Below are positions 37,433 through 46,199 of a stretch of 64,000 nucleotides of DNA, one piece after another. This DNA is from an uncultured Acetatifactor sp. (GTDB lineage: Bacteria > Bacillota > Clostridia > Lachnospirales > Lachnospiraceae). The stretch's first letter is position 1, and every line of letters begins with the position of its first letter. Where the stretch lies: assembly GCA_910577235.1 (NCBI GenBank), contig CAJTMX010000005.1, positions 2,080-66,079 on the forward strand. The letters run 5' to 3'. The notes under the pieces were generated by a model, which searched no databases, was not told the DNA's origin, and worked only from the letters and a program-made list of their open reading frames with translations. The position numbers and the translations under genes are program-made.

Positions 37433-37846
37433 ATGTCGTCCAAAACAGATACAGAGGTTATCATCGGTGGAAAAGTTTTTACGCTCAGCGGCTATGAAAG
37501 CGAGGAGTATCTGCAAAAGGTAGCCTCTTATATCAATAATAAAGTGAATGAGTACAGCAAGGTAGACAGTTTTCGCAGACAGCCTTTGGATACCCAGAGC
37601 GTGCTGATGCAGCTAAACATAGCCGATGATTATTTCAAGGCCAAGAGACAGATCACCGTGCTGGAGGAAGAGCTGCAGCGCAAGGAGAAGGAGCTCTACG
37701 ACCTAAAGCACGAGCTGATATCCTCCCAGATCAAGATGGAGAATATGGAAAAGGATTCCAGGGAGATGGAGATTAAGCTGCGGGAGAATGCCAAGCAGAT
37801 CGAAAAACTGGAAAAGGAACATAAGAATAAAAAGCTGCCGGTTTAA
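37433..37846 (+). CDS. zapA: cell division protein ZapA
   Basis: EVIIGGKVFTLSGYESEEYLQKVASYIN N-domain followed by a coiled coil. Confidence 0.85.
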   Translation: MSSKTDTEVIIGGKVFTLSGYESEEYLQKVASYINNKVNEYSKVDSFRRQPLDTQSVLMQLNIADDYFKAKRQITVLEEELQRKEKELYDLKHELISSQIKMENMEKDSREMEIKLRENAKQIEKLEKEHKNKKLPV

Positions 37847-37862
37847 GGCAGCTTTTCTTCTT
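37830..37862 (+). terminator. intrinsic terminator overlapping the zapA stop
   Basis: AAGCTGCC-GGTTTAA-GGCAGCTT followed by TTCTTCTTT. Confidence 0.7.
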
Positions 37863-37963
37863 TCCGGTACTCTCATTATTCTGAGGGGCAAGCCTTGGCC
37901 AGGGAGCAGAGCAGCGGGCAAGATACAGTTGCGTATGTCGTATGACGTGGAGGATACCATAAA

Positions 37964-40420
37964 ATGTGTGATTCGGACAAAATAAGGAAAAAAGTGGAGT
38001 TGCTTGCGCCGGCGGGCAACAGAGAGGCTTTTTACGGCGCCGTGCATGCGGGGGCGGACGCGGTCTATCTGGGCGGAGAAAAATTTGGCGCCAGAGCCTA
38101 TGCTGACAATTTTTCCGTGGAGGAGCTGACCGCCTGTATCCGTTACGGGCATATACACGGCTGCCGGAGCTATCTGACGGTGAACACATTGATGAAGGAA
38201 AGGGAACTGTCGGAGCTGGCAGAGATGCTTACACCGCTGTATCAGGCGGGACTGGACGGGGTGATCGTGCAGGATATCGGCGCGTTGCAGATGATCAGGC
38301 AGTCTTTTCCGGAGTTGGAGCTACACGCCAGCACACAGATGGCGGTCACGGGACCGGAGGGAGCGCTGCTGCTGAAAGACCTGGGAGTGACCAGAGTGGT
38401 GCCTGCCAGAGAACTGAGCCTGCGGGAAATGATTAAGATCAAGGAGGAGAGCGGGCTTGAGGTGGAGACGTTTATCCATGGGGCCATGTGCTATTGCTAT
38501 TCCGGTGTGTGTCTGTTCAGCAGTCTGCTGGGAGGGCGCAGCGGCAACAGGGGAAGGTGCGCCCAGCCCTGCAGGCAGGCTTATGAGACGGATGCCCCGG
38601 GGGCCTCGGTCCACCGAAAGGAGTACTATCCCCTGAGCCTGAAGGACATGTGTACCATAGAACATCTGCCGGAGCTGATAGAGGCGGGGATCGATTCTTT
38701 CAAGATAGAGGGACGCATGAAAAAACCGGAATACGCGGCCGGAGTGACCGCCGTCTACCGGAAATATATTGACCGCTGTCTCAATGTTCCCAGGGGTAAC
38801 TCTCAGGATGTATTCCGCGTGGAGGAACAGGATCTGCAAATGTTGTCCAAACTGTATATCCGCAGCCGGAGGCAGGACGGATATCTTTTCCGCCATAACG
38901 GCCGGGAGATGGTGACTCTGGACAGTCCCTCCTATGCGGGCAGCGACGAGAGCTGTCTGGAACAGATCAGGCAGAAGTATATTCGGGAAAAAAAGCGGAT
39001 AGAGATATGGATGGAGGCGGATTTTTCCAGCAACGCGCCGGCCCGGCTGCGGATGGGAACCGAAAACTGCCGGACAGAGGCGGTGGGGGACATGGTAGAG
39101 CCGGCGCAGAACCGTCCCGTGCTGGAAGAGGATATCCGCAAACAGCTGCAAAAACTGGGGGAGAGCAGTTTCGACGCGGAGAGTATTGAGATACGCACCG
39201 ATGAAAAGGGCTTTTACTCTCTGAAAGAGATCAACGCCCTGCGGCGGGAGGCGGTTCGCAGTCTGGAAGACCGGATCATAGAGGGCCATGGTCTGCCTGT
39301 GAGCCGAAGGGCGGAAACAGCGGCTTTTGAGACGCTTACCGGATGCGTGGGCGAGGACCGGGACATACGGGAACAGGACAGATGCCGGCATGAGACAGAT
39401 ATGGAGGAGACAGCGGAGGGACGCAAACTGCGGATACACATTTCCACGGAAGAGCAGCTTTTGAGTCTTGCCGACCATTTGAGGCCGCGTCTTTTTGACC
39501 GGATATATCTTGAAAGCTTTGTGTTGACGGAAATCTGGAGCAGGGATAACGCCTCTGCATGGCAGGATGCCCCTGTACAGGATAGGGCCCGGCAGGCGCT
39601 GGCAAGTCTGCGGGATATGGGCATTACTCTGTGGGCGGCATTGCCCTATATCTTGAGGGATAAGGACTATGAGATCATGGAGCAGGCTTATGACCGGTAT
39701 TCCCGGGGAGAGATACAGGGCTTTCTTGTGCGCAATCTGGAGGAATACGGGTGGCTGTGCCGCCATAGTGACATTGCGGCTGGGGACCGGACAGCCGTGC
39801 GGCAGAACAATGCCGCCGGGGATCAGACTGCTGCACAGAGGTGCAATGCCGCCGGAAATCGTTTCGGCACACGGCATGGGGGGGTGTGGATACAGCTGGA
39901 TCACACGGTCTATATCTGGAACAGTATGTCGGCTACATTCTGGGAACGGCAGGGATGCGGTCTGACCTGCCCTCTGGAACTCAGCGGCAGGGAATGGAGA
40001 ATATTGCGCCAGCAGCTGCGCCGCCGGATAGAAGAAGACGGGGATATGCCGGAAAAGCTGATCTACGGGCGGCTCCCCATGATGGTCACTGCGAACTGCA
40101 TCGCCAAGACTGCCGGGAAATGTCTGCGGAGCCGGGGATGCCGGGCGGAGGGAACGCTGACAGACCGCTACAGGGCAAAGTTTCCTGTGGAGATATGCTG
40201 TGACGTATGTATGAACGTCATTTACAACAGCGTTCCCCTCTCTCTGCACAGTGATCCGAAATGCTGCCGGGAAGAAAATCCGCGTCTGTCCTTTACGGTG
40301 GAGAGCGGCCGGGAGACGGTTCGCATCATTGATTTTTTTGAGGGCATTATGAAGGGGAAACCCTGCGATCCACCTTATAAGGACTATACAACCGGTCATG
40401 AAAAGAAGGGCGTACTGTGA
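37964..40420 (+). CDS. U32-family peptidase-like protein (long form)
   Basis: N-terminus ELLAPAGN...GADAVYLGG and the U32 signature region ETFIHGAMCYCYSGVCLFSS. It contains an in-frame 36-bp x3 repeat insertion at about 39773-39880. Confidence 0.9.
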   Translation: MCDSDKIRKKVELLAPAGNREAFYGAVHAGADAVYLGGEKFGARAYADNFSVEELTACIRYGHIHGCRSYLTVNTLMKERELSELAEMLTPLYQAGLDGVIVQDIGALQMIRQSFPELELHASTQMAVTGPEGALLLKDLGVTRVVPARELSLREMIKIKEESGLEVETFIHGAMCYCYSGVCLFSSLLGGRSGNRGRCAQPCRQAYETDAPGASVHRKEYYPLSLKDMCTIEHLPELIEAGIDSFKIEGRMKKPEYAAGVTAVYRKYIDRCLNVPRGNSQDVFRVEEQDLQMLSKLYIRSRRQDGYLFRHNGREMVTLDSPSYAGSDESCLEQIRQKYIREKKRIEIWMEADFSSNAPARLRMGTENCRTEAVGDMVEPAQNRPVLEEDIRKQLQKLGESSFDAESIEIRTDEKGFYSLKEINALRREAVRSLEDRIIEGHGLPVSRRAETAAFETLTGCVGEDRDIREQDRCRHETDMEETAEGRKLRIHISTEEQLLSLADHLRPRLFDRIYLESFVLTEIWSRDNASAWQDAPVQDRARQALASLRDMGITLWAALPYILRDKDYEIMEQAYDRYSRGEIQGFLVRNLEEYGWLCRHSDIAAGDRTAVRQNNAAGDQTAAQRCNAAGNRFGTRHGGVWIQLDHTVYIWNSMSATFWERQGCGLTCPLELSGREWRILRQQLRRRIEEDGDMPEKLIYGRLPMMVTANCIAKTAGKCLRSRGCRAEGTLTDRYRAKFPVEICCDVCMNVIYNSVPLSLHSDPKCCREENPRLSFTVESGRETVRIIDFFEGIMKGKPCDPPYKDYTTGHEKKGVL

Positions 40421-40517
40421 AACTTGTACAACTTTTTTGATTTTTTGGTTGCTATTCACGCTCATTTCGTCTATACTTACTGTAGTCATATGACACACCG
40501 TTTCGGAGGGAATTGCA

Positions 40518-40970
40518 ATGATCGAAGCAACGAGCTGTGGTGGTGTGGTAATTTTCCGGGGCAAGATTTTACTCTTGTATAAGAACTACAGGAATAAATA
40601 CGAAGGTTGGGTATTACCCAAGGGCACTGTGGAAGAGGGCGAGGAGTACAAGGAGACGGCCCTGCGGGAAGTGCTTGAGGAGTCCGGCGCTAAAGCGTCC
40701 ATCATTAAGTATATCGGGAAAAGTGAATATACCTTTGCGGCGGCAGAGGATATCGTGTCCAAGGATGTACACTGGTATCTTATGATGGCGGACAGTTATT
40801 ACAGCAAACCACAAAAAGAGGAGTTTTTTGTAGACTCAGGTTTTTATAAATATCATGAGGCCTGCCATCTGCTGAAATTTGCCAATGAAAAGCAGATTCT
40901 GGAGCGGGCTTACAGCGAATATCTGGAACTGAAAAAGAACAACCTGTGGGGTAATAAGAAATATTATTAG
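40518..40970 (+). CDS. NUDIX hydrolase
   Basis: Nudix box GTVEEGEEYKETALREVLEESGA. Confidence 0.88.
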   Translation: MIEATSCGGVVIFRGKILLLYKNYRNKYEGWVLPKGTVEEGEEYKETALREVLEESGAKASIIKYIGKSEYTFAAAEDIVSKDVHWYLMMADSYYSKPQKEEFFVDSGFYKYHEACHLLKFANEKQILERAYSEYLELKKNNLWGNKKYY

Positions 40971-40999
40971 TCGACAGGCTGCTGTCTGGGGAGGAATGA

Positions 41000-41362
41000 A
41001 TGCCGCAGCTGGAATATTATCCCAGGCTTTATCTTAGCGAGGGCATAAACAGGGAAAAGCTGGAAAAAATAAAAAAGGATTTATCTGTCAGACCTCACAA
41101 AGCCGGGGTATATGTGCTGGCTCTACCGGTAAACGAGTCGGATCAGCTGGATATCTATGCGTCAAAATATCTGCGGCAGAAATATTATAACAGACGTCCC
41201 CTCTATGTTATCGGGATTGCCGAGGATCATGAATCGGCGGTGGGCATAGTGGAACAGATCGCAAGGGAGACCTGGGCGGCCAGGGGAGATGCCGGACTGA
41301 GGGAATACCTTGCGGCGGGCATGGAGAGCGCAGATGTGGAGTGTGGTATTAAAAATACTTAG
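41000..41362 (+). CDS. hypothetical protein
   Basis: 120-aa ORF with GGGGAGG 5 nt upstream of the ATG. No recognisable domain. Confidence 0.55.
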   Translation: MPQLEYYPRLYLSEGINREKLEKIKKDLSVRPHKAGVYVLALPVNESDQLDIYASKYLRQKYYNRRPLYVIGIAEDHESAVGIVEQIARETWAARGDAGLREYLAAGMESADVECGIKNT

Positions 41363-42251
41363 TATATTGGGCATCATTCTGCTGTGTCTTCTGGCATTCG
41401 CGCTGACGGTAGTGTTGCTGGTCCTGTTCTGTCCGGTCTCGTACCGGGGCACAGGCACGGCGCGAATGGGAGAATACCGGGCATGTTTTCGTTTTCGCTG
41501 GCTCTTTGGGCTGGTGCGGGGAACATACTCGTACCCGGAGGACGGAAAGCTGAGGATCAAAGTTCTGTGGAGGACGCTCTATGAGAGCGGCGGGGACACC
41601 AAGTCCGGTGAGACGCCGGAAGAAAGCCATCCGAATAAACGGCACCCGTCGGTAATGCCAATGACGCAGGCGCCCCAAAAGGAGCAGGAACCTCGGGAGC
41701 AAGGTGCGCAGGCGGAAACATCTCCGGACGACGGTTCACAGCAGGCACTTCCGCCAGGTCAAAGCCCGCAGAAGGCTATACAACAGGGACAGGATACACG
41801 GAATGCAACTTCGCAGGGGCAAAGTCCGTTGGGGAGCGGAGAATCCGATGCGAGACAGAAGACGGATTATAAGGATTTAAAGGAAAAACTGTCGTTCTTT
41901 CTCGAAATAGTGCAAAATGAGGACAATCGGGATCTGGTCAGGTATGGAATGGGACGGCTGGGCAGAATAATAAAGCATATCCGTCCCCGGTATCTGCGGG
42001 TGCGGGCTGTGGCAGGGTTTGGAGAACCGGATCTGACCGGATACGCCTATGGGATATATTGCGCCGTAAGGCCTTTTCTCGGGAAAAAGTGCCGGGTGGA
42101 GATCACACCGGATTTCGAGGAAAAGATTCTGGAGGGAGAGGCCGTCCTGCGGGGGCGGATCATGGCGGCAACAGTCTTATATTATGTGTGCAGTGTGCTG
42201 CTGGACAGACGTTTGCGTCAGTTGTTAGATATGCTTAAAAAAGAAAGATAA
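41334..42251 (+). CDS. YtfI-like (DUF2953-type) membrane protein with low-complexity middle region
   Basis: N-terminal TM helix and position directly upstream of ytfJ/gerW, as in Bacillus ytfI-ytfJ. Start ATG 41334 follows GGAGAG. The family assignment is tentative. Confidence 0.65.
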   Translation: MWSVVLKILSILGIILLCLLAFALTVVLLVLFCPVSYRGTGTARMGEYRACFRFRWLFGLVRGTYSYPEDGKLRIKVLWRTLYESGGDTKSGETPEESHPNKRHPSVMPMTQAPQKEQEPREQGAQAETSPDDGSQQALPPGQSPQKAIQQGQDTRNATSQGQSPLGSGESDARQKTDYKDLKEKLSFFLEIVQNEDNRDLVRYGMGRLGRIIKHIRPRYLRVRAVAGFGEPDLTGYAYGIYCAVRPFLGKKCRVEITPDFEEKILEGEAVLRGRIMAATVLYYVCSVLLDRRLRQLLDMLKKER

Positions 42252-42271
42252 GCGCAGGAGGATAGAGAGCG

Positions 42272-42709
42272 ATGGCGGATAAAGAGACGAAGGGAAAAGA
42301 GATGACGGACAGAAAAAGCTCCGGGAATGTGGTTGAATCCCTGCTTAGGGGAATGGACAGCGTACTTGCGGCCAAGACTGTGGTGGGACAGCCGGTGCAG
42401 GTGGGGGACGTGACGATCGTACCTCTGGTGGACGTCAGTTTTGGGTTTGCCGCCGGAGCAGGCAGCAATTCCGATAAAAACGCGGCCAAAAACGGAGGGG
42501 GACTGGGCGGGAAGATGTCTCCCAGCGCGGTGCTGGTGATAAAAGACGGAACTACCAGGCTGGTGAACGTCAAGGATCAGAGTACCATGACAAAACTTCT
42601 GGATATGCTGCCGGACCTGATAGACAAGTTTACCGGAAAAAAGGAGACGGGCATGGAGGATGCGGAGGCCGTTGACATCGCTTTCCCCCACAGAGAAGAA
42701 AAAGAATGA
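42272..42709 (+). CDS. ytfJ: GerW/YtfJ-family sporulation protein
   Basis: VVGQPVQVGDVTIVPLVDVSFGFAAGAG is the characteristic GerW core. Confidence 0.88.
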   Translation: MADKETKGKEMTDRKSSGNVVESLLRGMDSVLAAKTVVGQPVQVGDVTIVPLVDVSFGFAAGAGSNSDKNAAKNGGGLGGKMSPSAVLVIKDGTTRLVNVKDQSTMTKLLDMLPDLIDKFTGKKETGMEDAEAVDIAFPHREEKE

Positions 42710-42775
42710 TCCGGTTCCTAAACCGGCAGCCGCCGCATATAATGGCGTAAGGGCTGTTTTGGTGAAGGAACGGTT

Positions 42776-42925
42776 ATGAAACTATTTAAGCTGATCGGAC
42801 TGGCCGCTTTTTTTATCGCATTGGGTATGTTGATCATGCTGTTTATGACCAGCAGGCTGATGGGATTGTTGTTGATCGCGCTGCTGCTGTTATTGGGATA
42901 TTGTTGCCTGTGCTGTGACCTGTGA
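42776..42925 (+). CDS. 49-aa hydrophobic peptide with Cys-rich C-terminus (not in the ORF track)
   Basis: ATG 42776 after GAAGGAA. Translation MKLFKLIGLAAFFIALGMLIMLFMTSRLMGLLLIALLLLLGYCCLCCDL has two predicted TM helices. Confidence 0.45.
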   Translation: MKLFKLIGLAAFFIALGMLIMLFMTSRLMGLLLIALLLLLGYCCLCCDL

Positions 42926-42972
42926 GACTTGGCAGGAACGCGCGACGAGCGGAACGTAAGGATTGTAAGAAC

Positions 42973-43500
42973 ATGAAGAACGAGATCGACTGGGAGGAAG
43001 TCTATAAGGCGCAGAGCGAGGAAGAACTGCGGAGCATGAAACTGTGGCTGTTCAAGGAGAATACCCGCCTTCAGAACGAGCGCATCGAGCTTGAGAGTAT
43101 GCAGGACAAGTTTATTAAGGAGCGGGTACGTTTCAGAGACGAGATGGATACCTTAAGCCGCAAGATGGTGATGGAACAGAAGAGACTGCGGGAGGAGAAT
43201 TTGTTCTTCGACAAAAAACTGGCCATCTTACAGGATGGTTTCCGCAAGCTGGAGGAGGACAGGCAGCGTTTTGAGCGGGAGAAACGCTGTCAGGAGCAGA
43301 GCCGGAGGCCTCAGGGTGCGCAGCTTTTAGGGCAGGGTGAGGAAGTGGCCTGCATACTGTTTCGCAGCGCCGGAAATCCGCTTACCCTTCGCAAGCGATA
43401 CCGGGATCTGCTGAAGATCTTTCATCCGGACAATTTTTGCGGGGACGCGGAGCTGATGCAATATATCAATAAAGAATTTCAACGGCGCAAGGAAGAGTAA
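42973..43500 (+). CDS. coiled-coil protein with C-terminal J-domain-like HPD segment
   Basis: KRYRDLLKIFHPDNFCGDAELMQYINKEFQ follows a charged coiled coil of about 120 aa. Confidence 0.68.
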   Translation: MKNEIDWEEVYKAQSEEELRSMKLWLFKENTRLQNERIELESMQDKFIKERVRFRDEMDTLSRKMVMEQKRLREENLFFDKKLAILQDGFRKLEEDRQRFEREKRCQEQSRRPQGAQLLGQGEEVACILFRSAGNPLTLRKRYRDLLKIFHPDNFCGDAELMQYINKEFQRRKEE

Positions 43501-43537
43501 GCGGCAGACAAAAGACGTATGAGGAAAACAGTACAAT

Positions 43538-43572
43538 AAAAAACCGATTCTGTATATAGAATCGGCTTTTTA
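43538..43572. terminator. bidirectional intrinsic terminator (J-domain gene / rpmB)
   Basis: AAAAAA-CCGATTCT-GTATAT-AGAATCGG-CTTTTT. Confidence 0.8.
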
Positions 43573-43614
43573 CTTCATAGCTTTCAAATCAAATCCGTGA
43601 TAACACGGTTATGT

Positions 43615-43800
43615 TTAGGCGCGCTCCACTTTACCGGATTTTAAGCACCTGGTGCAAACATGCAATTTTTTGGCAGCGCCATTTACCATACACTTCACAT
43701 TCTTAACGTTGGAATTCCATATTGCATTGCTTCTTCTATGAGAATGGCTTACGTTATTACCGAAATGAACGCCCTTACCACAAACATCACATTTAGCCAT
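43615..43800 (-). CDS. rpmB: 50S ribosomal protein L28
   Basis: MAKCDVCGKGVHFGNNVSHSHRRSN; GAGGAGG SD upstream. Confidence 0.96.
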   Translation of the reverse strand: MAKCDVCGKGVHFGNNVSHSHRRSNAIWNSNVKNVKCMVNGAAKKLHVCTRCLKSGKVERA

Positions 43801-44032
43801 CTTGACACCTCCTCGACATTATACTCTTTTCGCCGTATTCATTGTATAAAAATTAACAACATTGATATATTAACAGAAAAAGCTTGGAAAAGCAAGTGAA
43901 AAAATGAAATTTTTATTTTTTTGTTTTTGGGGTGTTCCCTTTTCCCATAAAAACATGTATAATGATGATTGATCAGCGGAAAAATTTTCCGGGAAAGAGC
44001 CGCGTGGCTCAACAATAAGGAGGTACTACGTT

Positions 44033-44392
44033 ATGAAGGGTTCTTCTATGAATACACATATGGGCAATATCGTGATCAATAACGAGGTCATTGCCCAGTA
44101 TGCCGGGAGTGTGGCGGTGGAATGTTTTGGAATCGTTGGTATGGCGGGTGTCAGTATGAAAGACGGCATGTCCAAGCTGCTGAAAAAAGATAATCTGACC
44201 AGAGGCATCAATGTGAGTCTGAACAATAATAAACTGATTCTGGATTTCCATGTGATCGTTGCTTACGGCGTGAGCATCATTGCCGTGTCCGACAATCTGA
44301 TCAGCAGCGTGAAGTATAAAGTGGAAGAGTTTACCGGTATTCATATCGAAAAGATCAATATATTTGTGGAAGGTGTCAGAGTGATCGACTAG
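44033..44392 (+). CDS. Asp23/Gls24-family protein (YloU-like)
   Basis: Asp23-family sequence in the conserved position upstream of the DAK2 gene. Confidence 0.9.
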   Translation: MKGSSMNTHMGNIVINNEVIAQYAGSVAVECFGIVGMAGVSMKDGMSKLLKKDNLTRGINVSLNNNKLILDFHVIVAYGVSIIAVSDNLISSVKYKVEEFTGIHIEKINIFVEGVRVID

Positions 44393-44445
44393 CCTGCATA
44401 ATGGCGGCAGAACAATAAAGGAACTTTGAATTAGGAGGATTTATC

Positions 44446-46122
44446 GTGACTTCAAATACTATCGACGCTAAGATGCTTTCAAAAATGTTCTTAGCTGGCG
44501 CAAAAAACCTGGAAAGCAAAAAAGAATGGATCAACGAATTGAATGTATTCCCCGTGCCGGACGGCGATACGGGCACCAATATGACTATGACGATCATGTC
44601 CGCGGCCAGAGAGGTGGCGGCTTTGGGAGAAGACGCGGGGATGGCGGCTCTGTGCAAGGCGGTCTCCAGCGGTTCCCTGCGGGGAGCCAGAGGCAACTCC
44701 GGCGTAATCCTGTCCCAGCTGCTGCGCGGCTTTACCAAGAGTATCAGCGCCAAGGATCAGTTGCGTATCCCGGATCTGTCGGAGGCTTTTGAAAAGGCGG
44801 TGGAGACTGCCTATAAAGCGGTGATGAAACCCAAGGAAGGTACGATCCTGACGGTTGCCAGGGGCGGCGCGGAAAAGGCGAAAGAACTGGCGGGCAGCGG
44901 TATGGAGGATATGGAGCAGTTTTTTGCCCAGGTGCTGGAGCATTCCAGATATGTGCTGAGCCAGACGCCGGAGCTTTTGCCGGTGCTTAAGCAGGCGGGA
45001 GTGGTGGACTCCGGCGGCCAGGGACTGGTGGAAGTTCTCAGCGGCGCATACGATGCGTTTCTGGGTAAGGAGATAGACTATACCATATCGGAGAATGTTC
45101 AGGAGAGCCGCTCGGGGAGCAGGTCTTCCGGCTACCAGGCCCAGGCTCAGGCGGAGATCAAGTTCGGATACTGCACCGAATTTATCATTATGCTCAGCAA
45201 GACTTTCAACATCAAGCATGAGATGGACTTTAAGGCTTATCTGGAATCTATCGGCGATTCCATTGTCTGTGTGGCGGACGAGGACGTGGTCAAGGTACAT
45301 GTACATACCAATGACCCCGGTCTGGCGATACAGAAGGCATTGAAGTATGGACAATTATCTAATCTGAAGATCGACAACATGCGCCTGGAGCACCAGGAAA
45401 AGCTGTTTAAAATGAGCGAGAAGGAGAGCGCGCAGGCTGCCGCAGAGCCGGCAGAGCCTCCCAAACCCGTGGGATTTCTGGCGGTGTCCGCAGGGGAGGG
45501 CGTGAATGAGATATTCAAGAGTCTGGGCGTGGATCATATCATTGAGGGAGGTCAGACCATGAACCCCAGCACGGCGGATATTCTGGACGCCGTGGATCAG
45601 GTGAACGCGGAGACCATATTTATTCTGCCGAACAACAAGAACATTATACTGGCGGCCAATCAGGCGGCGGAGCTGATGACAGACAAGAATCTGCTGGTGA
45701 TCCCCACCAAGACCATTCCCCAGGGTATCACGGCGGTGATCAATTATGTGCCTGAGATGTCCGTGGAGGACAATGAGGTTACGATGATGCAGGAGATCGG
45801 CAATGTGAAGACCGGTCAGGTGACTTATGCCGTGCGGGATACGGTGATCGACGATAAGGAGATCAAGCAGGGCGACTATATGGGGATCGGTGACGCAGGG
45901 ATTCTGTCTGTGGGGCAGGATATGCTGCAGATCACCAAGGACATGGTCAGCGCCATGGTAGACGCAAGCAGCGAGCTGATCAGCGTTTATTACGGCAGCG
46001 ACGTACAGGAGGAGGACGCCAGACGTCTGCAAAAAGAGCTGGAGGAGGCCCATGGAGACTGCGATATCGAGCTGCAGTACGGCGGACAGCCCATATATTA
46101 TTATGTGATTTCGGTGGAATAG
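44446..46122 (+). CDS. DAK2-domain protein (YloV-like)
   Basis: PVPDGDTGTNM motif. GTG start 7 nt after AGGAGG. Confidence 0.92.
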   Translation: MTSNTIDAKMLSKMFLAGAKNLESKKEWINELNVFPVPDGDTGTNMTMTIMSAAREVAALGEDAGMAALCKAVSSGSLRGARGNSGVILSQLLRGFTKSISAKDQLRIPDLSEAFEKAVETAYKAVMKPKEGTILTVARGGAEKAKELAGSGMEDMEQFFAQVLEHSRYVLSQTPELLPVLKQAGVVDSGGQGLVEVLSGAYDAFLGKEIDYTISENVQESRSGSRSSGYQAQAQAEIKFGYCTEFIIMLSKTFNIKHEMDFKAYLESIGDSIVCVADEDVVKVHVHTNDPGLAIQKALKYGQLSNLKIDNMRLEHQEKLFKMSEKESAQAAAEPAEPPKPVGFLAVSAGEGVNEIFKSLGVDHIIEGGQTMNPSTADILDAVDQVNAETIFILPNNKNIILAANQAAELMTDKNLLVIPTKTIPQGITAVINYVPEMSVEDNEVTMMQEIGNVKTGQVTYAVRDTVIDDKEIKQGDYMGIGDAGILSVGQDMLQITKDMVSAMVDASSELISVYYGSDVQEEDARRLQKELEEAHGDCDIELQYGGQPIYYYVISVE

Positions 46123-46199
46123 GAATTGTATGCGGGGCGGGAGCTGCCCGAAAGCGGCTGCCTGCCCTTTTTGTAACTTTCAAGGAGCAGGAGGGAGCC

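Noticed and set aside
38321-40564. 747-aa minus-strand ORF.
   Set aside because: It is antisense to the U32 peptidase-like gene. It has no recognisable domain and a Pro/Arg/His-rich composition. The plus-strand frame carries the U32 signature.
46128-46137. Partial matches to the leader core: GTATGCGGGG upstream of recG, ACAGGTATG on the minus strand at 12962-12970, and TGCGGGAA upstream of ruvB at 34822-34829.
   Set aside because: Matches of 8-10 nt are expected about once by chance in a window of this size, and there is no associated hairpin. They are not counted as copies.
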